From assembly GCA_030531215.1 (NCBI GenBank), contig JAUNNY010000004.1, forward strand, positions 18,794 to 82,793: a stretch of DNA of 64,000 bases, given 5' to 3'. The notes beneath the pieces are model-generated. The model did not search any database and was not told the origin of the DNA. It was given only the letters and a program-made list of their open reading frames with translations. This document shows, piece after piece, positions 46,631 to 55,227 of this stretch. A program made the position numbers and the translations under genes. The DNA is from Erysipelotrichaceae bacterium (lineage in GTDB: Bacteria > Bacillota_I > Bacilli_A > Erysipelotrichales > Erysipelotrichaceae). Each line of letters starts with the position of its first letter. Within the stretch, counting starts at the first letter, position 1.

Positions 46631-47323
46631 TTAATGCTTTTTCTTACTATTTTCTTTGGCTATTATTTCAAATAGCTCATTCAGATTGCCAATTCGATAT
46701 CCGCTATAGTATCTTGCTGGTCTTTCATAGTCTGTTGTTAACCAAACTGGTATCATTTCGGCTCTCAATGCACCCAAAATATCACTTGAGAATACATCTC
46801 CGACAAAAAGACATTCACTGCATTTTACAGATAGTCTATTTGCCATTATTTCAAAAATTCGTTTATCGGGCTTGTTGATACCAATATCGCCAGAAACCAT
46901 AATATCATCAAAATATTTAGTAACTCCTACGTGATCAATCTTGTCATGTTGAGATTTTGATTGGCCGTTTGATAAAATAGCTAATTTGAAATGACCATAT
47001 AATTTTTCTAATACTTCAATGGTTTCTTGCTTCGGTTCCACTGTTGTCCACATATTTTCATAATAGTAGTCAGTAAATTGTTGCTCAAAGTTTTCTGGGA
47101 ATCGATTATCTTTGCTGTATTTATTCATGAATGGTTTTAATCTAAATTTAACATTAATAGTGCCGTTGCAATCATAGGTTAAAAAATCTTGCAGCATAGC
47201 TTCATATTCCATATCTGTAAAATCAGTAAAATATGGTTTTAAGTATTCATTAAAAATGTTATAAGCATTAATTTGCCTATTTGATATTGTTCCGTCAAAA
47301 TCAAAGATAATCGCTTTAATCAT
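46631..47323 (-). CDS. HAD-IA family hydrolase
   Basis: IIFDFDGT motif I and VGDVFSSD motif IV. ATG 47323 with a GAGAGGG SD is preferred over the TTG at 47341. Confidence 0.8.
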   Translation of the reverse strand: MIKAIIFDFDGTISNRQINAYNIFNEYLKPYFTDFTDMEYEAMLQDFLTYDCNGTINVKFRLKPFMNKYSKDNRFPENFEQQFTDYYYENMWTTVEPKQETIEVLEKLYGHFKLAILSNGQSKSQHDKIDHVGVTKYFDDIMVSGDIGINKPDKRIFEIMANRLSVKCSECLFVGDVFSSDILGALRAEMIPVWLTTDYERPARYYSGYRIGNLNELFEIIAKENSKKKH

Positions 47324-47519
47324 TCTTTTCTGCCCTCTCAATCATTTTTTTGCATTTTCGTTCAAATTCGCTTCTTTCCATCATTACAATGGCTCCGCAT
47401 CCTTCACACTTTATTTTAATATCAGCTCCAACTCTGACAATTTTCCAATAATGAGATTTTTTACAAGGATGATCTTTTTTCATTTGCACTATGTCATTTA
47501 ATCCATATTGGTCTATCAT
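47316..47519 (-). CDS. DUF951 family small protein
   Basis: 67 aa. HPC...W.I.R.GADI...C..CG pattern typical of DUF951 (YyzM-like). Confidence 0.7.
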   Translation of the reverse strand: MIDQYGLNDIVQMKKDHPCKKSHYWKIVRVGADIKIKCEGCGAIVMMERSEFERKCKKMIERAEKND

Positions 47520-47965
47520 AATAACTCCTTCGAATCTAAAATTATTGTAACTGGGCCATCATTTATTAGACTTATTTTCATATCAGCTCCAAATATACCT
47601 TCTTCAACTTGTATATTTAGTGAGCGCAAATATTCATTAAAGAAATGATATAGTTTTGTAGCATCTGAAGGCTGCATAGCGTTTACAAAGCTCGGTCTGT
47701 TCCCTTTTGTACAATCTGCATATAAAGTAAATTGTGAAATAGACAAAATCTTTCCTTTTACATCAGCCAATGAAAGATTGATTTTACCATTTTCATCATC
47801 GAAGATTCTTAGCTTGATAAGTTTATTTGCCATTTTAATTGCAATATCCTCGTTATCATCTTGGCCAAAGCCAACTAAAATCATATAACCTTTTTCAATT
47901 TCACCGGTGATTTGATTATCTACTTCGCATTTTGACTTTAAAACCCTTTGAACAACGATTCTCAT
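47516..47965 (-). CDS. dtd: D-aminoacyl-tRNA deacylase
   Basis: 149 aa. MRIVVQRV... SQFTLYAD... GADMKISLINDGPVTI is canonical Dtd. Confidence 0.9.
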   Translation of the reverse strand: MRIVVQRVLKSKCEVDNQITGEIEKGYMILVGFGQDDNEDIAIKMANKLIKLRIFDDENGKINLSLADVKGKILSISQFTLYADCTKGNRPSFVNAMQPSDATKLYHFFNEYLRSLNIQVEEGIFGADMKISLINDGPVTIILDSKELL

Positions 47966-47988
47966 GTCTTCATTTTATCATAAGATCA

Positions 47989-48624
47989 TTACTCGTATTT
48001 GCTCATAAATTTCTTTAGTAGATATCTTAATCTGTTATAAACACTCTTTTGGGTGGTATTTAGTTTTTCGGCTATTTCTTTATTTGACATCTCTTGTTTT
48101 CGACACTCAATTATTAGCTTGTCTCTACTAGATAAACCGTTGATAAATTCGTTTATTGATTCTTCAAATTCTTTATTTTTGTGATAGATATATGCACTAT
48201 CACATACTTTGTCTGCACGTTTATAAATGGCATAACGATCTGCGTTTAGCGAATAGTATTCCTTATTGTATACTTTTGCACGTCCTGAATAACACGTAGT
48301 AATTCGTGAACGTATAACCATGTATGCATATGATTTAAAACTCATGCCTTTGCTTTCGTCAAATTTCTTGCACGCCTCATACAAAGCGATGGTTGCAATT
48401 TGTTCCAATTCATCTTTGTCTATAGAATAATCGCCATATTCAGTAGTTTGCGCATTAACTACTTTCGTTATTAATGAACGATTTTCTTCTAAAACTGGTT
48501 CAAATGCAGTTGAATCTCCTTCCCTTATTCTTTTCAATAGATTATTATTCATAGATTCATTATGTAATAAAAAGGTGGGTAAAAATTCCCATCTTTCTAT
48601 CATTTTATTGCCATTTTTTTCCAC
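47989..48624 (-). CDS. sigma-70 family sigma factor, SigH-like by position
   Basis: Region 2 and region 4 (HTH NKEIAEKLNTTQKSVYNRL) are recognisable. Downstream of cysS-mrnC-rlmB, as sigH is in Bacillus. Start is uncertain (GTG 48624, ATG 48603 or 48552). Confidence 0.7.
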   Translation of the reverse strand: MEKNGNKMIERWEFLPTFLLHNESMNNNLLKRIREGDSTAFEPVLEENRSLITKVVNAQTTEYGDYSIDKDELEQIATIALYEACKKFDESKGMSFKSYAYMVIRSRITTCYSGRAKVYNKEYYSLNADRYAIYKRADKVCDSAYIYHKNKEFEESINEFINGLSSRDKLIIECRKQEMSNKEIAEKLNTTQKSVYNRLRYLLKKFMSKYE

Positions 48625-48635
48625 AAAAGTGGAAA

Positions 48636-49334
48636 TTATTGTGGATTTCTTTTTGCTAAAACGTTATAAATCAAAATTCCAGCTGCTACAGAAGCATTTA
48701 AACTTGTAACGTGTCCATTCATTGGCAATTTAACTATAAAGTCGCATTCTTCTTTTACTAGTCTCGACATTCCTTCTCCCTCAGAGCCGATAACAAGCAC
48801 AGTGTTCATATCATAATTAAGGTCTGTGTAATATTTATCGCTATTTGCATCACTGCCAACAATCCAATAACCACAGTCTTTTAATTTTTTAAGTGTATTT
48901 ACTAAATTATTAACCTCTACAATTTTGGCATATTCTAATGCGCCACATGCAACCTTGGCCACAGTATCATTAACCTTAACACTATTGTGAGTTTTGTATA
49001 TAATGCCATCGACTCCTGCACAATCACAAGTTCTGATGATAGCACCTAAATTATGAACATCTTTTAAACTATCCAAAACAACGATTAATCCATTTTTATC
49101 TTTGATTATTTCGTCAATTGTTGATAACCTAAATTCTTTCACTTCAGCCAGGTATCCTTGATGATTGCCTGATTTCGACATTTTATCAAGAGTTTTACGA
49201 TCTACTATTTTATAAGGAATGTTTTCCTTTTTAAAACGTGAAATCATTTTATCATCTAAGACATAAGCACACTCTATGCGCTTGTTGTCCAAAGCCTCAA
49301 AGAAAGAATTTTTTCCATAAATAATTTCAGACAT
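48636..49334 (-). CDS. rlmB: 23S rRNA (guanosine-2'-O)-methyltransferase RlmB
   Basis: SpoU_sub_bind plus SPOUT motifs (DPHNLGAIIRT, GSEGEGMS, LNASVAAGI). ATG 49334 (MSEIIYGKNS) follows AAGGTG; the track start 49364 is probably too long. Confidence 0.85.
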   Translation of the reverse strand: MSEIIYGKNSFFEALDNKRIECAYVLDDKMISRFKKENIPYKIVDRKTLDKMSKSGNHQGYLAEVKEFRLSTIDEIIKDKNGLIVVLDSLKDVHNLGAIIRTCDCAGVDGIIYKTHNSVKVNDTVAKVACGALEYAKIVEVNNLVNTLKKLKDCGYWIVGSDANSDKYYTDLNYDMNTVLVIGSEGEGMSRLVKEECDFIVKLPMNGHVTSLNASVAAGILIYNVLAKRNPQ

Positions 49335-49710
49335 TTTCATCACCTTTTTCAAATATTTTCTCAAAGAATAACGCTAATCTTTCCCTATCTGTTAGATACA
49401 AATAGCCAGCTATAGCTTCTATACCTGAAGCGGTCTCATAAGACAAACGATCACCATTTTTTGGAATGTGTGTGATGTGATTGCGTCCTCTTTTAAACAC
49501 TTCTAATTCGTTTGTAGTAAAGAAGCCTTCCTCATTTAGACGAGTAAATGCCAAGGTCTGTCCTCTAGCGCTATTGTATTTGTTACATAGTGATTGCAAC
49601 GATTTAGAAGCTTGATGCTTATTTTCAACAAAATGTTTTCTCACTTCTAGTGTATAAACTGCATCCCCTATAAATGATAAAGAATTACTACTATATTCTC
49701 TTATATTCAC
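49327..49710 (-). CDS. mrnC: Mini-ribonuclease 3
   Basis: 127 aa. LSFIGDAVYTLEVR RNase III-like signature. Lies between cysS and rlmB. Confidence 0.85.
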   Translation of the reverse strand: MNIREYSSNSLSFIGDAVYTLEVRKHFVENKHQASKSLQSLCNKYNSARGQTLAFTRLNEEGFFTTNELEVFKRGRNHITHIPKNGDRLSYETASGIEAIAGYLYLTDRERLALFFEKIFEKGDENV

Positions 49711-51044
49711 TATAAGATTCCTTTTTCAATTAATGCTTGACGATATTCATCAGCTTTCGCGAAGTCTTTTGCAGCTTTGGCTTCATTCCACTTGGTATAT
49801 AAAGATAAAGCTTCTTCATCTAGAACTACCTTATCTATGTAAATACCCAAGATATATAGCATCTTTATAATTGCATTATATTCAGTTGCCACAGCTTGCC
49901 AATCTATTTCTTTTGATCTAAGTGCTTGATTTAATAATTTTACAGTATCAAAGATTACCATATAGGCATTTGGAGTATTCAAGTCATCAGACATTTGATC
50001 TAAAAATTCTTGATATTTATTTATATCGTATTCATCAGTTAACGTGACATTATTGACTGCAGCTTTAACATCAACTTGTTTTAAGACTGTTTCGATCTTT
50101 CCAAGCTCAGTTCTTGCGGTTTCAAATGTTTCTGGAGAATAAATTAATGCATCTCTATATTTTGCTGATAGCAAAATCCATCTTGTTAAATTTGAGCCGT
50201 TTTCTGCAATAACATCTTTTGCCCATTCAGTATTGCCTAAAGACTTTGACATTTTGCCACCTGCAGTTTCTAACATTCCATTATGAACCCAATAATTTGC
50301 TAAACGGTGATTATTTACACATTCGGATTGAGCAACTTCGTTTTCGTGATGTGGGAATTTCAAATCTCTTCCTCCACCATGAATATCTATCATTTGATGA
50401 TCAAATTCTTTGCCAATCATAACAACACATTCTGTATGCCATCCGGGTCTTCCTTCGCCCCATGGAGAATCCCATTTGATTCCTTTTTCAGTTTTTTTCC
50501 ATAAAGCAAAATCTAGCGAATTACGTTTTTGGTTATTTTCTTCTACTCTAGCTCCAGCATCTAAATCTTCTAATTTTTGATGAGAAAGCTCGCCATATTT
50601 TGGATCAGATTCAACCGAAAAGTATACATCACCATTTACTTCGTAAGCATTTCCGTTTTTTACAAGCTTATCAATGAATTCAATAATATCGTCCATTGTT
50701 TCGGTTACTCTAGGTGTTGCATCTAATGGAATAACGTTCAAACTTTTTCTTACTTCGTTGTATGCTTCAATATATCTTTCGGCGATTATTTTTTCATTTA
50801 CATTTTCTTCTAAAGCCTTATTGATAATCTTGTCATCAACATCTGTGAAATTTGAAACAAACTTTACTTTATATCCTAAAGCTTCAAGAGTTCTTCTTAA
50901 TGTATCAAAAACAACAATAGGCCTAGCATTTCCAATGTGTGCATGATTATATACGGTTGGTCCGCAAACATACATCGAAACTTCGCCTTCCTTAATCGGC
51001 TTAAAATCTTCAACTTTTAATGAATAAGAATTATACAGTTTCAT
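49710..51044 (-). CDS. cysS: cysteine--tRNA ligase
   Basis: 444 aa. HIGNARP (HIGH), KMSKSLGN (KMSKS), Zn-site CGPT/HTEC. Confidence 0.95.
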   Translation of the reverse strand: MKLYNSYSLKVEDFKPIKEGEVSMYVCGPTVYNHAHIGNARPIVVFDTLRRTLEALGYKVKFVSNFTDVDDKIINKALEENVNEKIIAERYIEAYNEVRKSLNVIPLDATPRVTETMDDIIEFIDKLVKNGNAYEVNGDVYFSVESDPKYGELSHQKLEDLDAGARVEENNQKRNSLDFALWKKTEKGIKWDSPWGEGRPGWHTECVVMIGKEFDHQMIDIHGGGRDLKFPHHENEVAQSECVNNHRLANYWVHNGMLETAGGKMSKSLGNTEWAKDVIAENGSNLTRWILLSAKYRDALIYSPETFETARTELGKIETVLKQVDVKAAVNNVTLTDEYDINKYQEFLDQMSDDLNTPNAYMVIFDTVKLLNQALRSKEIDWQAVATEYNAIIKMLYILGIYIDKVVLDEEALSLYTKWNEAKAAKDFAKADEYRQALIEKGIL

Positions 51045-51222
51045 TTTTCTTAGTCTCCTTAAAATAAAAACGATAAATGCTGTTTCCTAGCTTAATGTGA
51101 TGTTTCATATCTTTTGTTGCTACCGCAGCATTTTTGCTTATTTTTCCTTCTTTGATCATTTTGATCAATTCTTCATCAGAGAATAAATCATCAACACCTT
51201 TAATCTTCCATATCTTGTTCAT
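51031..51222 (-). CDS. 63-aa GYF_2-like small protein
   Basis: ATG 51222 follows a GGAGAG SD. W-x-I-K-G...FSDEELIKMIKEGKIS pattern resembles the GYF_2/DUF4339 domain. Overlaps the upstream gene by 23 nt and cysS by 14 nt. Confidence 0.5.
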   Translation of the reverse strand: MNKIWKIKGVDDLFSDEELIKMIKEGKISKNAAVATKDMKHHIKLGNSIYRFYFKETKKNETV

Positions 51223-52993
51223 CTGGTTCACTCTCCACTATTTTACAATATTTGTATTTTACTTTACGTTTGCTTATTTCGCTTCTTGTTACTTTTTCAT
51301 CTTTTGAAATACCTGCTATTTCAACTACATAATCATTACTTCCATCGCACATTGGATCATCCGCTATTTCACTAGAACTGATGTTCTTTTCAGGGATGCC
51401 AAGATATGCTAAATAGCTATCAAACTGAGCCTTAGGTAATTTTTGAATTTCGCCAATTGTGATTATTTCTTCATCTTTATCATCTTTCTTATCATCATCT
51501 TTCTTAGAATCATCTGTTTCTGTTTTAAATAAATAATTTGTTTCATAAGGTGTTGAATCTAAATAATCATCATTGCCTAGAGCAACTATGGAAATTTTAT
51601 AACTTGTATCTTCTTGCATATTTGTTACTTCAAATTTTACTGTTTCAACTTCTTCAATTGTTTTATTTAAACCCGTGCCTAAATCTATGCTTACAGAATA
51701 TCCTGTGGCGTTTTTTACTCCATCAAACGAAACATACAAGTAATTCTCATCTTTACTGATTTTGACATTGCTTACTTGTGGAAGAATTTGCGTTTTTATT
51801 TCTTCGGTTTCAAATTGTTTATATTTATTTTTTCCTACACCATATATCTTTCTGCCGTCATATCCAACGAGATAGTCTTCCGATGCTGCGATACAAATGA
51901 TGTTATTCCAACTTGATACTTCTTCTTTGTATTTCTCGTTTTCAATGTCGATGTGTACTTTACCATATTCATCTAATGCTGCAACAAAATCATTGCCACA
52001 GGCTACATCAACAATGCTATTCCAGCCTTCTGCATTTAAATAATTTTCGGTGTTCTTAGTATAAACATCAATAGTTTTATCAGTATTTAAAATAGTTAAA
52101 ACATTGTCGCTTCCATCAATATCTAAAATATCATCATAATTTTTAAGGCTTGATGAGCCAATAAAAGAACCCGAATACATTATTCCGCCATCTTGGTTGA
52201 TGACGATTGAGCCATTATCAAAAGCATATATCTTTTTGATGTTTCTTGTTCCTGCTAACTCGCATTGTTTATTGGTGTTATCTCCTGTAGAGAATACTCT
52301 GCCGCTTTTATCTAACGCTAGGATGTGGCTATCTCCACAAGCTATATCAGTTATGTTCGACCAACCTTCGACTTCATCAGCATATTTGCTTAGTAAACCA
52401 ATCGAACTAACAGTTCCATCTTCTTTTAAAATGATTGTAAATCCTTCTCCTTCACAAACTTTCATCGCGCCACTGCTAGGGAGTAAAGAAATTTGGCCAT
52501 TGCTATTGTCTCCAGTTCCAATTACGGCTCCCGAATCATCAATATATACAACGTTTGTGCTTGAAGATGATAAACGATTAATATTTTCTCTAACAATTTC
52601 TAGTGGGGTGTTGTTTTTGTTCAAAACAATAACAAGAACTATAATTATTACCAAAAGTGAAGCGATAATCCCTGTTACGAGTTTATTTCTTTTTATGAAA
52701 TTTTGTATATCTCTAAAAATACTTTTCTTCGTAAAATAGGCAATATTCAAATCATCAGTAGTGTTTCCTGTTGCCTTATGAAGAGTTATCTTATCATCAT
52801 TTCGAAATATTTCTTCTACCGGTACATGATATAAAGAAGCTATTCTTTTAATAACAGGATAATTAGGTATATCATTTCCGTTTTCATAATTCATATATTT
52901 TAGCGTATCCACACCACAAATGCTCGCAACTTTAGATTGCGAATATCCATAATGTTTGCGCAGTTTTAGCAACTTATTTGGTAGATAATTCAT
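51200..52993 (-). CDS. membrane-anchored XRE-family HTH protein with extracellular RCC1-repeat propeller, Fn3 and C-terminal PASTA-like domain
   Basis: 597 aa. N-terminal HTH (LRKHYGYSQSKVASICGV), one TM, and at least 5 RCC1-like repeats (GDNSNGQ, GDNTNKQCE, GKNKYKQFE). Also an Fn3-like block and a KD-rich linker. Confidence 0.75.
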   Translation of the reverse strand: MNYLPNKLLKLRKHYGYSQSKVASICGVDTLKYMNYENGNDIPNYPVIKRIASLYHVPVEEIFRNDDKITLHKATGNTTDDLNIAYFTKKSIFRDIQNFIKRNKLVTGIIASLLVIIIVLVIVLNKNNTPLEIVRENINRLSSSSTNVVYIDDSGAVIGTGDNSNGQISLLPSSGAMKVCEGEGFTIILKEDGTVSSIGLLSKYADEVEGWSNITDIACGDSHILALDKSGRVFSTGDNTNKQCELAGTRNIKKIYAFDNGSIVINQDGGIMYSGSFIGSSSLKNYDDILDIDGSDNVLTILNTDKTIDVYTKNTENYLNAEGWNSIVDVACGNDFVAALDEYGKVHIDIENEKYKEEVSSWNNIICIAASEDYLVGYDGRKIYGVGKNKYKQFETEEIKTQILPQVSNVKISKDENYLYVSFDGVKNATGYSVSIDLGTGLNKTIEEVETVKFEVTNMQEDTSYKISIVALGNDDYLDSTPYETNYLFKTETDDSKKDDDKKDDKDEEIITIGEIQKLPKAQFDSYLAYLGIPEKNISSSEIADDPMCDGSNDYVVEIAGISKDEKVTRSEISKRKVKYKYCKIVESEPDEQDMED

Positions 52994-53015
52994 ACATAAA
53001 TTTTAACATAATCGC

Positions 53016-53044
53016 TTGAATTTCATTAATTAGCATGCTAAAAT
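53016..53044 (+). promoter_or_regulatory. promoter of tRNA-Asn/Glu operon, TTGAAT-17-(TGc)TAAAAT
   Basis: -35 at 53016-53021 and extended -10 at 53036-53044. The tRNA starts 14 nt downstream. Confidence 0.7.
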
Positions 53045-53057
53045 AAACAAGCAATGT

Positions 53058-53133
53058 GCCCGAATAGCTCAGTCGGTAGAGCAATCGGCTGTTAACCGAT
53101 TTGTCACAGGTTCGAGTCCTGTTTCGGGCGCCA
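53058..53133 (+). tRNA. tRNA-Asn (anticodon GUU), CCA encoded
   Basis: Acceptor GCCCGAA/TTCGGGC, anticodon arm ATCGG-CTGTTAA-CCGAT, T-loop TTCGAGT. Confidence 0.9.
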
Positions 53134-53139
53134 TTGTGT

Positions 53140-53216
53140 GGTAGGTTGGTGAAGCGGCTTAACACACCGCCCTTTCACGGCGGCATTCACGGGTTCGAAT
53201 CCCGTACCTATCACCA
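53140..53216 (+). tRNA. tRNA-Glu (anticodon UUC), CCA encoded
   Basis: Anticodon arm CCGCC-CTTTCAC-GGCGG, T-arm ACGGG-TTCGAAT-CCCGT. G2-U71 wobble in the acceptor. Confidence 0.9.
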
Positions 53217-53229
53217 CTTGCAGTTAGCG

Positions 53230-53256
53230 ACTGGAAAAATGATTTCCAGTTTTTTT
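53230..53256 (+). terminator. terminator after tRNA-Glu
   Basis: ACTGGAAA-N5-TTTCCAGT followed by TTTTTT. Confidence 0.8.
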
Positions 53257-53312
53257 ATTTCTAAATTATCATTTTGATTATTATTATTTAGATCATTTTT
53301 GTTTGCCACATA

Positions 53313-53343
53313 TTGCGACAACTTATTATGTCTGTGCTATAAT
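53313..53343 (+). promoter_or_regulatory. tRNA-Lys promoter, extended -10 TGcTATAAT with weakly spaced TTGCGA
   Basis: TATAAT at 53338-53343 preceded by TGc. TTGCGA at 53313-53318 gives a 19-nt spacer. Confidence 0.55.
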
Positions 53344-53352
53344 ACTCTTGTT

Positions 53353-53428
53353 GGTCCCCTAGCTCAGCTGGCAGAGCAATTGACTCTTAATCAATGGGTC
53401 GAGGGTTCGAATCCCTCGGGGATCACCA
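53353..53428 (+). tRNA. tRNA-Lys (anticodon CUU), CCA encoded
   Basis: Anticodon arm ATTGA-CTCTTAA-TCAAT, T-arm GAGGG-TTCGAAT-CCCTC. Confidence 0.9.
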
Positions 53429-53440
53429 CTTAAAAAAATA

Positions 53441-53468
53441 AAGAGCATTAATTGAAATGCTCTTTTTT
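53441..53468. terminator. bidirectional terminator (tRNA-Lys / ABC exporter)
   Basis: AAGAGCATT-N6-AATGCTCTT flanked by an A-run and a T-run. Confidence 0.8.
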
Positions 53469-55227
53469 ATTGTTCGAACTGAAGTTGATATAGTTTGTAA
53501 TAATATCCTCTTTTTTTAAGCAATTCTTGGTGAGTTCCAGATTCAATTATTTTTCCTTTTTGAAGTACTATTATTTGATCTGAATGCTGAACGGTAGATA
53601 ACCTGTGTGCAACTATAAGCATTGTTCCTATATTCTTCATCTTCTCTAGGGATGATTGAATTAATACCTCAGTCTCTGTATCAATATTTGCAGTTGCCTC
53701 GTCGAGTATCATTATCTGTGGCCTATGAATAACGGTTCGAGCAAAAGATAGAAGTTGCCTTTGCCCTTGTGATAGATTTTCGCCTTTTTGAATTAATTCT
53801 TCATTTATTCCGTTTGGCAACTTGTCAATGAAAGAATCAGCATTTACATATCTACACGCATCATTTACTTCATCATCACTAAATTGATCATCGTGCAAAG
53901 TAACATTATCTTTGATTGTTCCGCTGAACAAAAATACATCTTGTAACATTTGGCCAACCGCTCTTCTTAATGAAGATATTTTTATATCTTTGATATTGAT
54001 TCCATCGATTAAAATTTCACCTTTTTGAATTTCGTAATTTCTTACTATCAACGATAAAATTGTTGTTTTACCAGCACCAGTTGCTCCAACAAAAGCACAA
54101 GTTTGACCTGGCATAATCTTGAAAGACGCATCTTTTAATATCCACTGATCTTTACGGTATGCGAACCAAACATGTTTAAATTCTATTTCTCCTTTTATGT
54201 TTTCAATCTCTTTAGCACTTGCTTTATCTATTACTTCAGGACTAACATCTAATAAATTAAATATTCTTTCTGATGCCGTAATTGCTTTTTGTAAATTATT
54301 CAATTGATCAGCTAGGTTTTGTATTGGATTGAAAAACTTTGATAAATATAAATAAAAAGCTACTATTTCACCGGCTGATAAACCAAACTTAATACCTAAG
54401 ACAAAACATAGTGCTACTGTACAATTGAAAATTAAAGAAATAGTTGGCCTGTAAAGAGTGAAAGCCATAGTGACATTGAAACGTTGCTTTCTTAGAGCTT
54501 CATTCTTTTCGTTGAATTGTTCTTCCTTATATTTTTCTTGATTAAAGATTTGCGTTAATTTCATACCAGATAAGTTCTCTGACAAGAAAGTATTGATATC
54601 AGATTCACATGCTCTTTCTTTTCTAAAGATGTTCTTTATCTTGTGTGAGAACACAAAAGAGATAAAGAAGACGATGATAATAACAAACAATAAAGCATAC
54701 GACAAAGATGGAGATATATATATCATAATGGTATAAACACCAACCAATGTTGATATATCTTTTAATATTCGAATTAATACGCCAGTAAACAAATCAGACA
54801 TATTCGCAGTATATGAAGTTACTCTAGTCACTAATGATCCAACTGACATTTCATCAAATTGATTTAACGACATATTTTCAATATGTTCAAAAATCTCGTT
54901 TCTTAAACGATAAATAATCTTTTGACCACATTTTTGTAAAATGCGCCCTTCAGCGTATAAAAAAGCCTGATTGATTGCAACGATGATAAATGTTAAAACG
55001 CATAAAGTAATAATATATTTGATATTTATATTTGTTTCTACTAGTAAATCTGTTATTTTACTAGTGAATAATGGTGAAATTGAATCGAGAACGACATTTA
55101 AGATTAACAAAACTAGAGCAATTATGAAATTGTTCTTTTCTGGTTTGATGTACTCAAGAGTTCTTGAAATAACAACTCTTAGTGGTAACTTCCTGTCACC
55201 TTTTAGTTTTTGAAGTTCTTCGTTCAT
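53467..55227 (-). CDS. ABC exporter, fused permease/ATPase (heterodimer half B)
   Basis: 586 aa. 6-TM exporter domain, Walker A GATGAGKTT, LSQGQRQ, ILDEAT. Confidence 0.9.
   Translation of the reverse strand: MNEELQKLKGDRKLPLRVVISRTLEYIKPEKNNFIIALVLLILNVVLDSISPLFTSKITDLLVETNINIKYIITLCVLTFIIVAINQAFLYAEGRILQKCGQKIIYRLRNEIFEHIENMSLNQFDEMSVGSLVTRVTSYTANMSDLFTGVLIRILKDISTLVGVYTIMIYISPSLSYALLFVIIIVFFISFVFSHKIKNIFRKERACESDINTFLSENLSGMKLTQIFNQEKYKEEQFNEKNEALRKQRFNVTMAFTLYRPTISLIFNCTVALCFVLGIKFGLSAGEIVAFYLYLSKFFNPIQNLADQLNNLQKAITASERIFNLLDVSPEVIDKASAKEIENIKGEIEFKHVWFAYRKDQWILKDASFKIMPGQTCAFVGATGAGKTTILSLIVRNYEIQKGEILIDGINIKDIKISSLRRAVGQMLQDVFLFSGTIKDNVTLHDDQFSDDEVNDACRYVNADSFIDKLPNGINEELIQKGENLSQGQRQLLSFARTVIHRPQIMILDEATANIDTETEVLIQSSLEKMKNIGTMLIVAHRLSTVQHSDQIIVLQKGKIIESGTHQELLKKRGYYYKLYQLQFEQ

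Noticed and set aside
52197-52739. 180-aa plus-strand ORF from the track, plus the similar ORFs 51538-51759, 55286-55534, 56087-56407, 44266-44526 and 13634-13939.
   Set aside because: All lie antisense inside well-supported genes with recognisable domains, lack SD sequences and have low-complexity S/L/P/I-rich translations. These are shadow ORFs typical of AT-rich genomes.
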